Assembly (NCBI GenBank): GCA_038496445.1
Contig: JALMLS010000232.1
Location: forward strand, 186,001 to 250,000
DNA length: 64,000 bases
Reading direction: 5' to 3'
DNA from: Trichosphaerium sp. ATCC 40318
Lineage: Eukaryota; Protista; Tubulinea
Shown here: positions 38,301-50,995 of the stretch, piece by piece
Layout: the number at the start of each line of letters is the position of its first letter
How positions within the stretch are numbered: the stretch's first letter is position 1
The notes under the pieces: generated by a model
What the model saw: only the letters and a program-made list of their open reading frames with translations
Told to the model about the DNA's origin: nothing
The model's database searches: none
Program-made: the position numbers and the translations under genes

Positions 38301-39333
38301 TGGAATATCACCTTTACCAGAATTTGCCCAGTATGCGTCTACAACGTATTTACGAAGTAGTTTCCATGTTGCGCCCATATCTTTACTCAAGTACAACTAC
38401 TCTGGAGGTCAGAAAATACCAAACAAGACAAAAGTCTCAGAAATTTTTTTTCAATTTTTTGGGAAATGATGACATATAGATATCATCAAATAACGTACGT
38501 TCATTTCGCATACGCCTCCAGATGTGCATTCGGTATTGATACCTAAACGATTTTTTTTTGTAAATTTTTTATCGAATTTACGAAAAAAATGTTTTACTCT
38601 GTCCTACCTGTATCAACAACCCAATCAGGTGTTGTTGGATGTACTTTGACACGTGTATTCATCCAAAAACCAGTTTCATGACGTGTTAAAGTACTTGCTA
38701 GAGAAGAGTATTAGTAAGGGTTTTTTTCGGTTTTTGTGTTGAAATTTAGAAGTCAAATCGGATTTAGGACTAGACTTTCGTTCGAAGGCGTATTTACGTA
38801 CCAGCATCCCTGGATACCCACGTAACATTACGGTGCTGTGCTAGATAGTAATATTAGGTTAATTCAGAGCGAGAAATACGCACTCAAGAACAAAACACTG
38901 TTTTTATCCTTGCCAACAATTATTTTAGTGACGTGATCGTCTCCAAAACCCATTTGTGTCCATGTACTACCCTATCGGCAAGTGATTGAGCTGTGAGTAA
39001 TTATTTAATTCTAAAAGATACCTCGTCTGGGCTTCTCCATACGGATTGGTCATCCGCTTGAATGAGTACAACCTTTAATGACGTCAAACGAACGATAGCG
39101 AAAAAGTTACTTGACGTTACCTGATTTTTTGTGCCTAGGTATGTGGGCTGGCCTACTACTTCTCCAGGGATTGTTTGCTATAAGTAATATTAATATTAAA
39201 GCAAGTTTTATTTTAAACGGGCGAAATCATGTACCTCAGTGATAGTTACTTTGCCATCTGAGCACTGAACGGATACTGACTTGCAGATCTGTACAGAAGC
39301 CAAAAACACGATCAAATAAACGATCAGCTTCAT
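35371..39333 (-). CDS. VPS10-domain receptor (sortilin-like)
   Basis: Signal peptide; Asp-box motifs SPDEGSTW, SKDMGATW, SYDMGGRW; AVGILLGQG; 10CC region CPCSEEDFE..DYCF and GYRLVPGNQC; TM and acidic tail ending DEFDPR...LVEL. Confidence 0.93.
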
Positions 39334-39474
39334 ATGTGCTACCACAGGTTATTTTTTTAAATGATGGGGTTGTGGTTCGCAAAATTTCAAGCTTAGAGCA
39401 AAAAAACTTTTCCGGGAGCGAAGAATTCTTCCGCGGTTTACTTTTTTTTACTATTTGGACCGGTCAAACTACGA

Positions 39475-40159
39475 ATGGACGCTGTTATTGAACGTGCTCC
39501 AACCGCCTGTTACCTATATAACCTGTGAACCATAAGTTTTGATCCGCCCTGAACGTTTTTAATCTTTTAGAACGAAACAGCGTGTATTTGAAAGCGTTTT
39601 CCGCAGCTACCTTGTTTGATACTGAGCAACGGAGCGTTTGCTACTTCAGTTTTTTTTACGTGACGTACAGGTACACGTGCGTGAGTAAGCAGCGAAGATA
39701 AACATGGTTGAGGTTTTTCTCAATTGGATAATCCGTTACTAATATTTCAAGGACTTCCAAGCACCCTTCGCACGGTTTGTGGAATCCTCGAGTAGGAATG
39801 TCAATATTAGGCAACGAGTAACTACAACGACACAATGTTGTGGTAACCTCCAAGGCAAGTTTCTTATATTCGTGCTGCGTAGGTTAGACAAGCGAATGTT
39901 GTCCTGAAAGCTGGTTGTACAATGACATAAACAGGCTATTGTTCTCTTGCCTCTGACTACAGTCCTAAATACATTTTGCTCAAGCTACGTGCACAAGGTT
40001 GATATTGAACAATCAAGATGATTAGCTAAAGAATGCTCATTCACCATTATACTTTAAGTCAGCTTGTCCCGCCCTCATCTACTTCATTTGGGAGAATTTC
40101 TTGGATGGGACACTGAATCGGTTTTTGGTTTTTACTTTCAAGTGCTCGAGAAGGGATAA
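39475..40159 (+). CDS. Possible small multi-exon hypothetical gene
   Basis: ATG 39475 (MDAVIERAPTA) and alternating short exon-like and GT..AG intron-like segments; full frame not resolved. Confidence 0.3.
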
Positions 40160-40294
40160 TGCTAAAATATAAACAGACAAGTCAACATAAATAAAAGAAA
40201 TTTTTGGGCTGTCTTAATGGAGACTAAACTGATAGTCGTCTATTATGCTTGGTAACTTCAACATTGTTACAATGGCGTCACAAAGCGTCTTTAT

Positions 40295-41888
40295 TTACTG
40301 TACAATATTCTCAACAATAGATAGTTTCTTTATAGTATATGAAGCAGCAATCTCCATATTCGCCAAAGAAGGATTATTAAAAGGTTTTACTTTTTTACCT
40401 TTTTTAAGTGAAACAATAGTAGATGCTTTAACAACATCATTACCACTACTACTACTACTACTGTTGGATACATTGTATGACTTGTGAGTGATAAACCTTT
40501 GATTCCATTTTTTACAAAAACACGTGATATCAGATGAATAAATATCAGAGTATTGATGAAGTAAACCCATCCATAAACTGAAACTACCATCTTGACAATA
40601 AAAAAAAGAACCCATTGTAGCTGAATTTGATATTGCTCCTCCTTTTGTATTATCCTTAGATATTATACTTTCAAGCTCTTCACAGATACCAACAGTAGTC
40701 CATTCTGTTGTACGTTTAGCACCTGCAAGATCTGCAATAAAATCATCACCAAAGTAACAGACTTTCTTGTTTTTCAAGTGAGGTAATAAATATGCAATAT
40801 TCCCTCCATAGTAAGACTCTCCTATGCTTACTTTACTTGCTTTACCATTACGCTCACCATTCTTTGTGGCTAATATATCTTATTAGATTAAATGATTTAT
40901 GTACAAGGCATACCATAAAGTGTACAATCAAGTCCAAAATAATAAGGTTTTTTTGCTCTATAAATAGAAAAATCAAATAAAGATTGCCATCCTTTACCAA
41001 AAGCGTAATCAAGTAGAATAGCTGTATATCTGTAATTTGAGTTTGTAAGAAGGAAGAGCTTCTTTCCATTATCACGTAGTTCTTTCAATAATTCTCTAAC
41101 TTCTGTTCTAGGAAAGATATACTTCGATGCTTGTCCGTTCCTAAAAGGAGCGAAATAACTTGAAGTTTCAAAATCACCAAAAAGGTGATTTAGACCACTA
41201 GATAGGTCGTTGAATATTTCAAGATAGCTATCACTATCACCACCAATGATATCTTGACGATGAATAAGGTCACAATACAGTACAAACGCAGGTAATTCAA
41301 AAAAAGAGCGACCAGCCCAAAACCTTGATTAAAAGTCAGTTTTTCGTTCCAGTAAAGGATAGTGACTGCGCTCACCTGGTACTAACGACGCCGTTGTAAT
41401 CAATGGGCTGATTTTTATACGTAGCATCAATTTCAGCGCGGCTCAAGCGTTTATGTCCATGTAGTGCTACCTAGGACAAGTTACGTTGTGTGTATGGTAT
41501 GTCAAACTTACCTGTACGTGTAGTGAAGCGTCAACGCTAAGGAGATTGCCTGCACGTTGGTTAGCGATATGTCAAGAGCTATTTTTTGGTACCGTGTTCT
41601 TTATCCATAATAACACCTCTCATGGCTCTACTAGCGTCGCAAATAGCCTAGAACAGTAAACATTGGTTTCTTCGGAGCGTGTACGTACAATATTACGTAA
41701 TTCTTTGCCATAGCGTTGATTTTGCGATAAGAAATCCACCAACCCGTTGAAAACAAGCTCATTTATGGCAGGGACATTGTAGCGTATCAACTACTATAAT
41801 TAACACATTACCGCAAGTGCCATACTCGTACTGTGTTATCCAAGTCAAACCCAAACCAATCGTAGTCTTCTAAACAAAAATCTGACAT
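40295..41888 (-). CDS. HAD-superfamily 5'-nucleotidase (NT5DC1-like)
   Basis: DWFGFDLDNT/LIRY motif I, GKKLFLLTNS motif II, AKKP motif III, YFGDDFIADL motif IV. Confidence 0.92.
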
Positions 41889-42020
41889 TTTGATTCTAGG
41901 GTTGCTTAATAGCAATTTTTCTTAAGTCAATTGTGTCTTTTGTGGGCTCTTGGTGGCAATGATTTCACTATTACAATACTGTACTTGTTGTACAACGTAA
42001 AAAGTACTTTAATTCCATAT

Positions 42021-45000
42021 TTATCTTACAATTCTTTGGACACGTTTTCTTCGTTTCTTTTTTTTCCTTCTCTTTTTTGGTTGCTCCTCATCATTCTCTT
42101 CACGTTCTTGTCTTTCTAAGTCATGTATGGTTGGTAAAGCAGGTCCATACTCAGGTCCTTGTGATTTATCATCTTTCTTCTCTTTTTTAGGCCTCTCAAC
42201 AGTCTCACCTTCAAAGATATTTAGCAAACAAGCTAATTAATGTACTCTTCACCTGTAAGAATCTCATACTCCTCTTCTGTAATTTTTCTTTTCTTGAGTG
42301 CTTGTAAACATTTCCACTCCTCTAAGATATCCTTTTTGAACACTATTAGATAAATGTCAAACTAGTTACAGCGTTACCATAGCAGCAGCTTTCTCCTCTG
42401 CTTTTCTTTTTCGGAATTTCTTGTTTCTTTCCATCTTTTTCTTAATCTCTGCTTTGCGCCTATATGTACTTTAATAATGAATGTATTGGTAACTTGAATG
42501 TGTACTGTTTTTCTCTTTTCTTCAATTCTCTAAGTTGTGATAACCTACACAAGAAAATTAAATAAAAATAATTTCGTTCTTTAAAAACAGTACCTGACAG
42601 CTTCTCTCTTATTATCTGACCAAGGAATGACATCTGGATCAGCTACTGTATCTTCATAGTCTATATTTTCTCTAGGAATCTCTAGTAATGAAGGGACCTA
42701 GCTTTGTGTTACTTTTGCCAAACTGTTAAAGACGTTTTTTTTTTTTTTCCTGCTCAGCATAAAGTTTCAACGTGACGTACATGAACAAGTGCGAAAGACT
42801 CACATAATTCGGTCAAGTTGAGATTAGCATGAGTGAATATGTATTTACAAACATGTTCCTTGTAGCCACGCATGTACGATAGAAAAGCAGTGATACTCTA
42901 AATGCAGGAAAAAAATGAGAATGTCACAATGAGTACAAAGTGTCAAAAAATCGTATGTCAAAGAACACAGTACCAATGAAAACATTTCTCTCTTTGCAGC
43001 ACAAAACTCTTTAATTTGAGGTATATAATTTTCAAACGTTGAAAAATCTCGATCTGTTGATTCACGTATTGGTATCTGACGAACACCCAAGAAATCTAAA
43101 AACACCATCAATAACTCCATCCAAAAAAATCACCCAAAAAAGTTTTTCTTACCAACATAAAGCTTCTCACTTGGTAATAGGAATAATATAGCTTTACCAG
43201 AATTTCCTGCACGTGCAGTTCGCCCTTGATTAAATTTAGTAAAGGAACACAGAACAAATAAAAGCCGTAGTTAAGGAGTACTTTGTGAGCTCTTTTAGAA
43301 AACTGACAAAAAAAAATCTATCTAACGCCGTACCTATTCTATGTACAAATACGTCAGGTTGTAGTGGAGGATCATATTGAATGATAACATCTACAGCAGG
43401 GAAATCAAGTCCTCTAGCATATACATCTGTACATAAAAGTACGATACCATTGTCAGCATCATGCATTTGTTTTTGAATCGCTAAAACAAATTATAAGCAA
43501 TCATTTAAGTTAGATTATGTACTTAATCGCTTTTCTGTTGGTACGCCACCATGTACACTAATAACATCTTTATACCTTTGACGAAGTTCTGGTACTTTTC
43601 GGAATATCTAAGGGCGATCTCTTTTAGAAAAAAAGTTGTCTTTCGTGAACACATACCAAATGAAAGTAATCAACCATTTTTCTGGTAAGAAAGAAAACAA
43701 CGATTTTTTGTCCTCTGTTCTCATCCAATATTTGCAAGAGACACCCAAGCTTTTTATGTGATGGCACGTACACGTATGTATTATCAAGGCTACAACCAAA
43801 CAATTACATAAAAAAACTTCCACAGTGTACAACAGCGCCAAAAAAAAAAAAGAAGGAAAAAAAACTACGAACCTTGTTGGAATCATTTGAGTGCCTAGCA
43901 AGGCATCATTTGACTTAACTGTAATATCAATTTTAATAGGGTTCCTGAGTCCAACTAAATAAAACAACGTCAATTTCAATCCTCAAATAAATAAGAAGAG
44001 TAATAACCTTTCATCAACTGTCTAACTTGCTTCGTCTGAGTTGCAGAAAAAAGACCCTTTTAAATAAATGTAAGAAGCTATTATCTTGATGCCAAGTGAG
44101 GACATACTGTTCGTCTTTGGCGTGGTAAACGTTGTAGAATATGAGAAACAGATACTTGGAAACCCATATCCAGAATTCTATCTGCTTCATCAAGTATAAG
44201 TACTTCTAATTCACTTGTATTAAAATCAGCCATTCTGTTCAATAAATCTTCCAATCTTCCTAAAAAAAAGAAAATTAATACAAACAACGCCAATATGAAG
44301 AAAGGAAAAAACTGTAACAACAATAAGCGATTTTTGAAACATATTAGATTTTTTTGGTCACGAGTTTGCAACGCTGGCAAGCGATTTGGTTTGCATAGAT
44401 TAGCGTCATTTAGAGTATCTATAACGTACCAGGTGTTCCTGTTATAATTGTAGCTCCCCTACCACGCATAGTGGCCATATCTTCTTCTACATTTGTACCA
44501 CCATAAGTTACAAGTTCAGTGATTTGTGGAATATGTTTTGCGAATCTAGCTGCTACTTGATGTATTTGTTCGGCTAATTCCCTATCATATATTAATAAAC
44601 ATACTGTCTTGGTGATAACAGAATCATGTTTGACAAATTTTAATGAAAGGGAGCTGAGATTTTTAGCGTTTTTTTTAACACACCTTGTGGGCGAAATAAT
44701 TAGACACCCAACTTGATCTTTCCGTAGCGGTCTCTCTCGTCGCAGAATCATTTCTATCGCCGGTACAATAAATGCCAGTGTTTTTCCTGAGCCTGTAGGC
44801 GCCTAGTATCGATAAACAGGTGCTCAGGATTCGATTTATTCGAAAGCAATGGACACAAAGCGATATGGTACCTGTACTGCTACATCCTTAAAGTTTAGGA
44901 ATCTAGGGATAGTTTGGGCTTGAACAGGTGTCATAGTTTCAAATTTGAACTCTTTTTTAAGCACATCTTGTATGAGAGGGTTTAACGTAACGCCGATATC

Positions 45001-45024
45001 ATCCCAACGCCCTGCGATGGCCAT
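42021..45024 (-). CDS. DDX55: DEAD-box RNA helicase DDX55/Spb4
   Basis: MTPVQ Q-motif, [74 protein letters not shown]; basic C-terminal tail. Confidence 0.9.
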
Positions 45025-45238
45025 TTGTAAAAAAAATACGCGTAATAAGCACGCTTGATGTTTTTTCTTTGTCAATGAGCCTACGAGAACTTAATACACT
45101 GTTTGTAAAAAAAATGGTAAAGCATGAAGAAAAAAACCGTCATTGAGCGTAAATGTTTAAATTACAACGAACAGTAACATACAACGTACAATACACTCAA
45201 GCAGACGTCTATCTATGAGGAAATCAGACTATCTTTGA

Positions 45239-46533
45239 CTAGAAGTTCACAGAATTTGTTGACTCTGCTTGTTCACTCGGTTCAAACTGCGCTTCGTATT
45301 TATTTCATACCAAGATTGAACGTAGAGTTAGACACTTTACAGATAGATACACAGTTACATTCAATTTCTATTTGCACGTGTTGCAAACCATACTAAGAAG
45401 AGTTTTTGTGTTGGAATGATTGACGGTCTTTTACCGCTTGTACACAAAGGGTTACTCTTGTGCCCTTTTTTGTTCAATTTCCATGGACATGGGTTATTTT
45501 ACATTTTCATTTTCTGTTTGGTCGCTGATTTTGTTCGCACGCCTTCGTTTGGCGTCTCTTTTAAGTTGTTCAAATTCAGCCTCATCAGCAATTTGCATTT
45601 CAATGTGTTTCGCTTTTAGAGCTAAGTTACGTTTAGCACGCGCGGCTACATAAAAATCTATTCCTACATAAATCTAGGTAGAGATTACATTGGTTGTTTC
45701 GAACCAGCAAGTGTCAAAGTTGAAAATAAGATAAGCAATAACGTACGCCAAGAAAAAAACGCGCTCTTTCAGCAATAAACCTGTGTTTTGGTCGTCCTTT
45801 AAACATTATATCCCATGCGATAGGAGGCACTGCTACAATACTAGCCACAACGCCTGAGAGGCCTCTGCCGAAGCTTTTCCAGAGTAAATCGTCTTGTAAT
45901 TTGTCACGGATTTCTATGCGTTCTGTAGCGTTCTCTACGTGCATTATCTCCTCTCTTGTAGGTAACGTATCAGATTCATGTATTAGCATGGCACATTCTC
46001 GAAAATAGTATATTGCCAGTCCTCCCATAACCACAGAAGCCTATTTATCGTAAGGTAATACCGTAAAAGTAACTTTAAATGTTTTTTACAAACAAATAGA
46101 CTAAGCGATCGAAAAATGGCTCGGCATGAATGTGTAGCAGTAAATGCACATATCCTGTACCCCATATTGGAAAAAGCCTTGGTATTGGCTTGCTTGTCTC
46201 AAAATATCCGTTTGCATAGCGACGGCCACAGAGCACTTAAACTTCGGCTATTTAACAATTGAAATGCGTTAATAATGTTGTGTACAACGCCAGTTTCCTT
46301 ACTTATGTACATTTAAGTTTACACGTTTCTTTGAACCCACGTCGCCATGCAACACCTCTCTTCATCCCCAAATGAGGTACTAAATAACATACAATCGATA
46401 TAGAACAATTTAAGCTGACAGGGGGTACTTCTATCAAGATTCTAGTACAAATTCTGCAATATGTTGATTTAAGTGATCTATACTCCTGTATGCAAACAAG
46501 TAAACGGTTGTTGGAATGCGCAAGTGATAACAT
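45239..46533 (-). CDS. Hypothetical protein with TM segments and coiled-coil C-terminus
   Basis: Coding-like exons (VMGGLAIYYFRECAM...; KHIEMQIADEAEFEQLKRDAKRRR) separated by GT-AG introns; start uncertain. Confidence 0.55.
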
Positions 46534-46597
46534 GGTGAGATTTTTTATGGATTCGTTATTTGAACATCCAAACTCTTTTTTGCGTATCACGTGACAA

Positions 46598-47574
46598 TGA
46601 CCTCTTCTGTTTCATCTATACAAAGCCGTTTGTATTTTTCACTTCGAATCACTCAAAGCTGCCAATCTGACGTTGTTTGCAACAGATATGGAAAGTATGT
46701 TTGATTGATATAATAGGTATAATCCCAACTATTGATTCAAAAGACAGCTACAAGGAAACGTACAAACAGTTATCATTGGCATCATCAAGAGCGAGAGTAT
46801 GCCAATTTTTTTTTTTCAGTACTAGCTTACTGACACTCTACTAGAAACAGTATATCGCAGGGAACCATGGTGCTCAACATCTTTTAGACGATAATTATGA
46901 CTTTCAAAATGTGGCTACACATCACGTCGGGTGTGCGTTCCGCGGAGAAAAGAATGTAGTTTCTGAATGGTTCAAAGAAGGCTATAATGTGAATACATTA
47001 CAATACTATACAAGCTTTCTCTACTACGGTAACTTTTGTGATCCAAAACTGGTAAGACCAACACAAACAAACATGTTATATTTAAGGTAACTGATTGTTT
47101 TTATTGGGCAGGCAGTTATAGACAAAGTAGAAGGTATGCAAAAAAAACAGTTTTAAAAAGATTGACTTTTGTCACTTATGTTAATTACTTGTGTATGTAG
47201 GTATCTTTGTTCCTGCGGTTAGATCAAGTGACTATTTTGACTTACGTAATGTTTACTCAGCAGGTATTTTACAAACCCAGTTTTCGCTTCATGTAAGCTA
47301 AATAACACCTTCCGTTTTAGGGACTGTTCTTCATTGGGCATGCATTGGTGGACACCTTGAGATGGTACATGAGATTTTAAGAGTGTACAAAAACGCAGTT
47401 GACCTCACTGTGTTAATACCTGAGTTCAAAGCTACAGCTTTAGATGGTAACTTACAGTACCATGCATTCAACAAAAACTAACATTTATAAGTTGCTACTG
47501 CAAATGGACATCTGGGTATTGTGAGGATATTAAATAGACATTCATTGGTAAATACACCAGCACAAACCACATAG
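46598..47574 (+). CDS. Small ankyrin-repeat protein
   Basis: TVLHWACIGGHLEMV and TALD/VATANGHLGIVRIL; stop TAG 47572-47574; 5' exons uncertain. Confidence 0.7.
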
Positions 47575-47981
47575 TGAATGATGGTGGTAAATAAACTACG
47601 TGATTTGTACCACGTATCCATAATAAACATGTGATTATTTTTCTTCCAAATGAAAATCAGTCCATTGTTTCACGTTGTAATACCCTTTGTCATTTAATTA
47701 CATTGATCACTGTCACAATCTCGCATACACCACATTATCCCATCCAAGGTATCAACATACCGTTGATCATAAAAGCGGGGATGACATCAATGAATAGGAT
47801 TGCCTATTACGCTTTGTGGTTCAACTTGAAACATCGATTTGGATACACTATCTGTTTTGTTGTCGCATATGCTTTTACAATCCATAGACTCAAAGTGAGA
47901 TCACAAATCATTGTTGTATTGACTTGTGTCCAAAACCATCAAATCAACGCAGCAACGCTTTCAGGTAACTCAAACAAGTTT

Positions 47982-50079
47982 TTATTTTAATGTATGTGTT
48001 TGACATAGGAATAGTACACTCAGAAGTATAAAGAGTATTGAAAATTGGGTAGCATACCCAGCAGAGGTACACTTTGGGGCTCCGAAATTAAAGTTAAATA
48101 AAACAGACGTCCTCCCTGCCTGTAGTTGTCTGTTCTCTGTGACATCAAAACAAAGGTTTGTAGCAGCTATTTTGTATATTACAATATCACATGCTGCATT
48201 CTGAGTTATAGTGACAGTCCTTGTCTATGAAAACCAAATCAGTGAGCGATCCTTCGCAGCTGGATATTTTGAGAAATACTAAGCAAGGTGACGTACAAGA
48301 AGGGTAGGCTTAATTTCTATAAAAGGTGTTTTAATGCAATTATCAACATTAAGTGTTATATCTCCGCTACCAAACTCAATAATACCTCCATCTGGTAGAA
48401 AAACATTGCCTATTGTACAAAGGTGTTAGAAGCATTATGCCAAAACAGTTCTTTCAAAAACCATACCATCTATATTTATATTGTTGTCTATTAGTATACT
48501 TTCGTTTTTACTTATAAGCTCTGTCCAAATAACAGAAACTGGAGCATTTGCGCTACTGTTAGTTGGTGTAGCTGAGGTTGGAGCATCCGTTGTTGGTGCT
48601 TCTGTAGTTGGGGAAGATGGTGGTGGGTTTAGATTATATGATACACTACTGTTTCTAATACTCCATGAGTTCACAATAGCGCCTTTTTTGTCTGTTTGTG
48701 GGTTTTCTATACAAAGTTTAACAAGTACAACATCAAAGATTTCCTGACAACTCACCTGAATGGAATTCCCAGTGGTGAAGCATATCAGGATCAGATATCT
48801 CCGGTTGTCCATTAGCAGTTTTGTTAAGTTGTAGTGGTGTCCGTATTCCTCTCCAAACTGTTACTTCCGCAATTTGGCCCTGATATTAGATTAGTTTAGT
48901 TCAAAGAAATGAAGACTCGAAAGGATTCATCTCAAAGCAGGGTTTTAAAACGTACTCTAAAAAATGGTGTTGAGATAACATCATGTCCTCTGTTTGCACA
49001 ACCAATTGATACGTTCTTGCCGCCAACAGATGTAGGCGAGACTTCAACAGTGAGGCTAGCATTTCCTGAATCTATGCCTAAAGGGTCATAGTACAAGATA
49101 TTGATACTCCCATTTGAAGCTGTTCTAGAAAGTGTAACATACATCTATCACGTGTCAGCGAAAGAAAAAGTAAGAATGTATCCACAAAAAAAGCGGCTGT
49201 TTGTGGCTTGTAAACAGTACCGACACGGATACTTTAGCTTGTGAGTAATATGTATCTATGCACAACCTCACAAAACACATCACTCGCCCCCTTAAAAGTC
49301 TTGGCTTTCGACAATGATGGCTTAAACGAAATTTTGGATAATAAAAATGAACGTTGTGGTACCCATTTATTCGCTGGCATTATTTCTGTGGCAGTGTTAT
49401 ATTCAGTACACCAAGTATCAGCAGGTTTAAAATGCTCATAGCTGAATTGGGCATTGGATAGGGCTTCTGTACCTCCAATAGCAAACAGAAATCCGCTTGC
49501 ACTGGCGCAAGTACCTTGCTTTGTTGAAAACAAAGGGCTCAATGTACAAAGAAGCGGGTTTGTACAACTAAACGATAATTAGAAACAAAACGACAAGAAC
49601 AGGGAGACTTCGTCAACACGAAGGCAGAACCCACAAAAAGGCTACCAGGTGCGGTTGTGAGTAAAACCCAGTTGGCCGTACACAACGCAATCAAAATAGT
49701 TTGTTGAATACCAATTACGTACTTCCATTTGACCCACAAGCTCACTGTAAGTGAATCATGTGCACCAAGGTTTATATCTGCTACTAAACAACTATCTCCG
49801 CCAAAAGTTGCTCCATAGTCCGTAGGAACGTACGAGTACACTACAAGTATTTAGAAACCGTAGAAAACAAGCTGGCCTCAAACAATTGATTCAATTGGGA
49901 ATCCGTCATCAAATACGTTCACAATGCTCAAAAACGCAACGAATTCGTAGGTACACTTAAAATTGCGTTGTTGAAACCGAAGGAGATGCTTTTGCCTAAA
50001 TTCTAGTGTACGTACCCCCATGTGATAGAATAGATACTATTATAGCGAACAATAGGAGCAGAAAGCTCGATTGTTCCAT
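47982..50079 (-). CDS. Secreted/GPI-type surface protein with LamG-like segment and Pro/Thr stalk
   Basis: Signal MEQSSFLLLLFAIIVVYS; GATFGGDS..SLTVSLWVKW LamG-like; PTTEAPTTDAPT stalk; hydrophobic C-terminus. Confidence 0.65.
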
Positions 50080-50995
50080 TTTTGTGCGTGTTCAGCCTGT
50101 GTCCGGACTATTTTCCGATTTTGCGAAATCAGACGATCCGTTTTTTGGTACTCAAACGCTTACGTAACTTTACGTAAGTTAGAACGAAAACACAAACAAT
50201 TGTGTATGGTGATAACCAGGTATTTTTATAGTAAAGTACTTCTTTACCTTGTTGGACAAGTCCAATTCGCCAAATTTGCTAAACAACTTCCTTTTATACT
50301 TTCCACATCTATAGTTGTTAAAAGCTTATGGAGTTATCGTCTTTTCGCAACCATAGATTTGGAGGAGAATCTGAGTCAGCATCGCTTTTGAGAACTACCA
50401 AAAAACTGATTTCGAAAAATATTGCTTTGACTGCCGGAACTTTTCCTCGGCACAAGATCAACGAATCACAAAATGGTTGTCACTACTATAATTATAGCAT
50501 ACTGGGTACATACTAATTATAGCAATTGAAGCGTAAGATGGTTATGAGGTGAGTAAAAACGTCTCAAAGATTTTCGAATCGAATAAAAAAAAAACCAAAA
50601 CGTTCGTAAAAAAGTGATGCTGAAACTCTCATGGCGGCCTTTACACCCTGTTCAAGTAGAGAACCAGAGATGCTAACCCATATTATGCGACTAGCACCCA
50701 ATAACCTAGGGACTATTGTCTCCATTCTTGCGAAAGACCGACAGACTCGTTTTCAAGGAGAGTCTGAGCCAAAAGCTCACTCTAAAATAAGCTTTATATA
50801 ATTCACGCTCTTACATATCGCAGTATGTGATCCGTGGGTTGCACTAGCTTTCGCGGATGTTATTTCTTCGATATGCTTTCTTTGGAGGCCTTTTGTACAA
50901 CATTTTTTGGTTCAGAAAACAGTTTAGTCAATCGTGGCTCTCATCAATTTCGCGAAAGTAGTGACAAAAAAAACTGGAAGATAGTTTTCTTTTTA

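Noticed and set aside
38972-39021. Possible U12 intron in sortilin (donor GTATCTTTT)
   Set aside because: No CCTTAAC-like branch site near the acceptor; treated as U2 or a converted intron.
43227-43333. TCCTTAAC inside a DDX55 intron
   Set aside because: The donor is GTACGG and the motif is about 45 nt from the acceptor, so it is not a functional U12 pair.
50200-50830. Gene or telomerase RNA just downstream of TERT (CTAACCC, two small hairpins at ~50741-50780)
   Set aside because: Template match is only 7 nt, structure is sparse and exons could not be joined; insufficient support.
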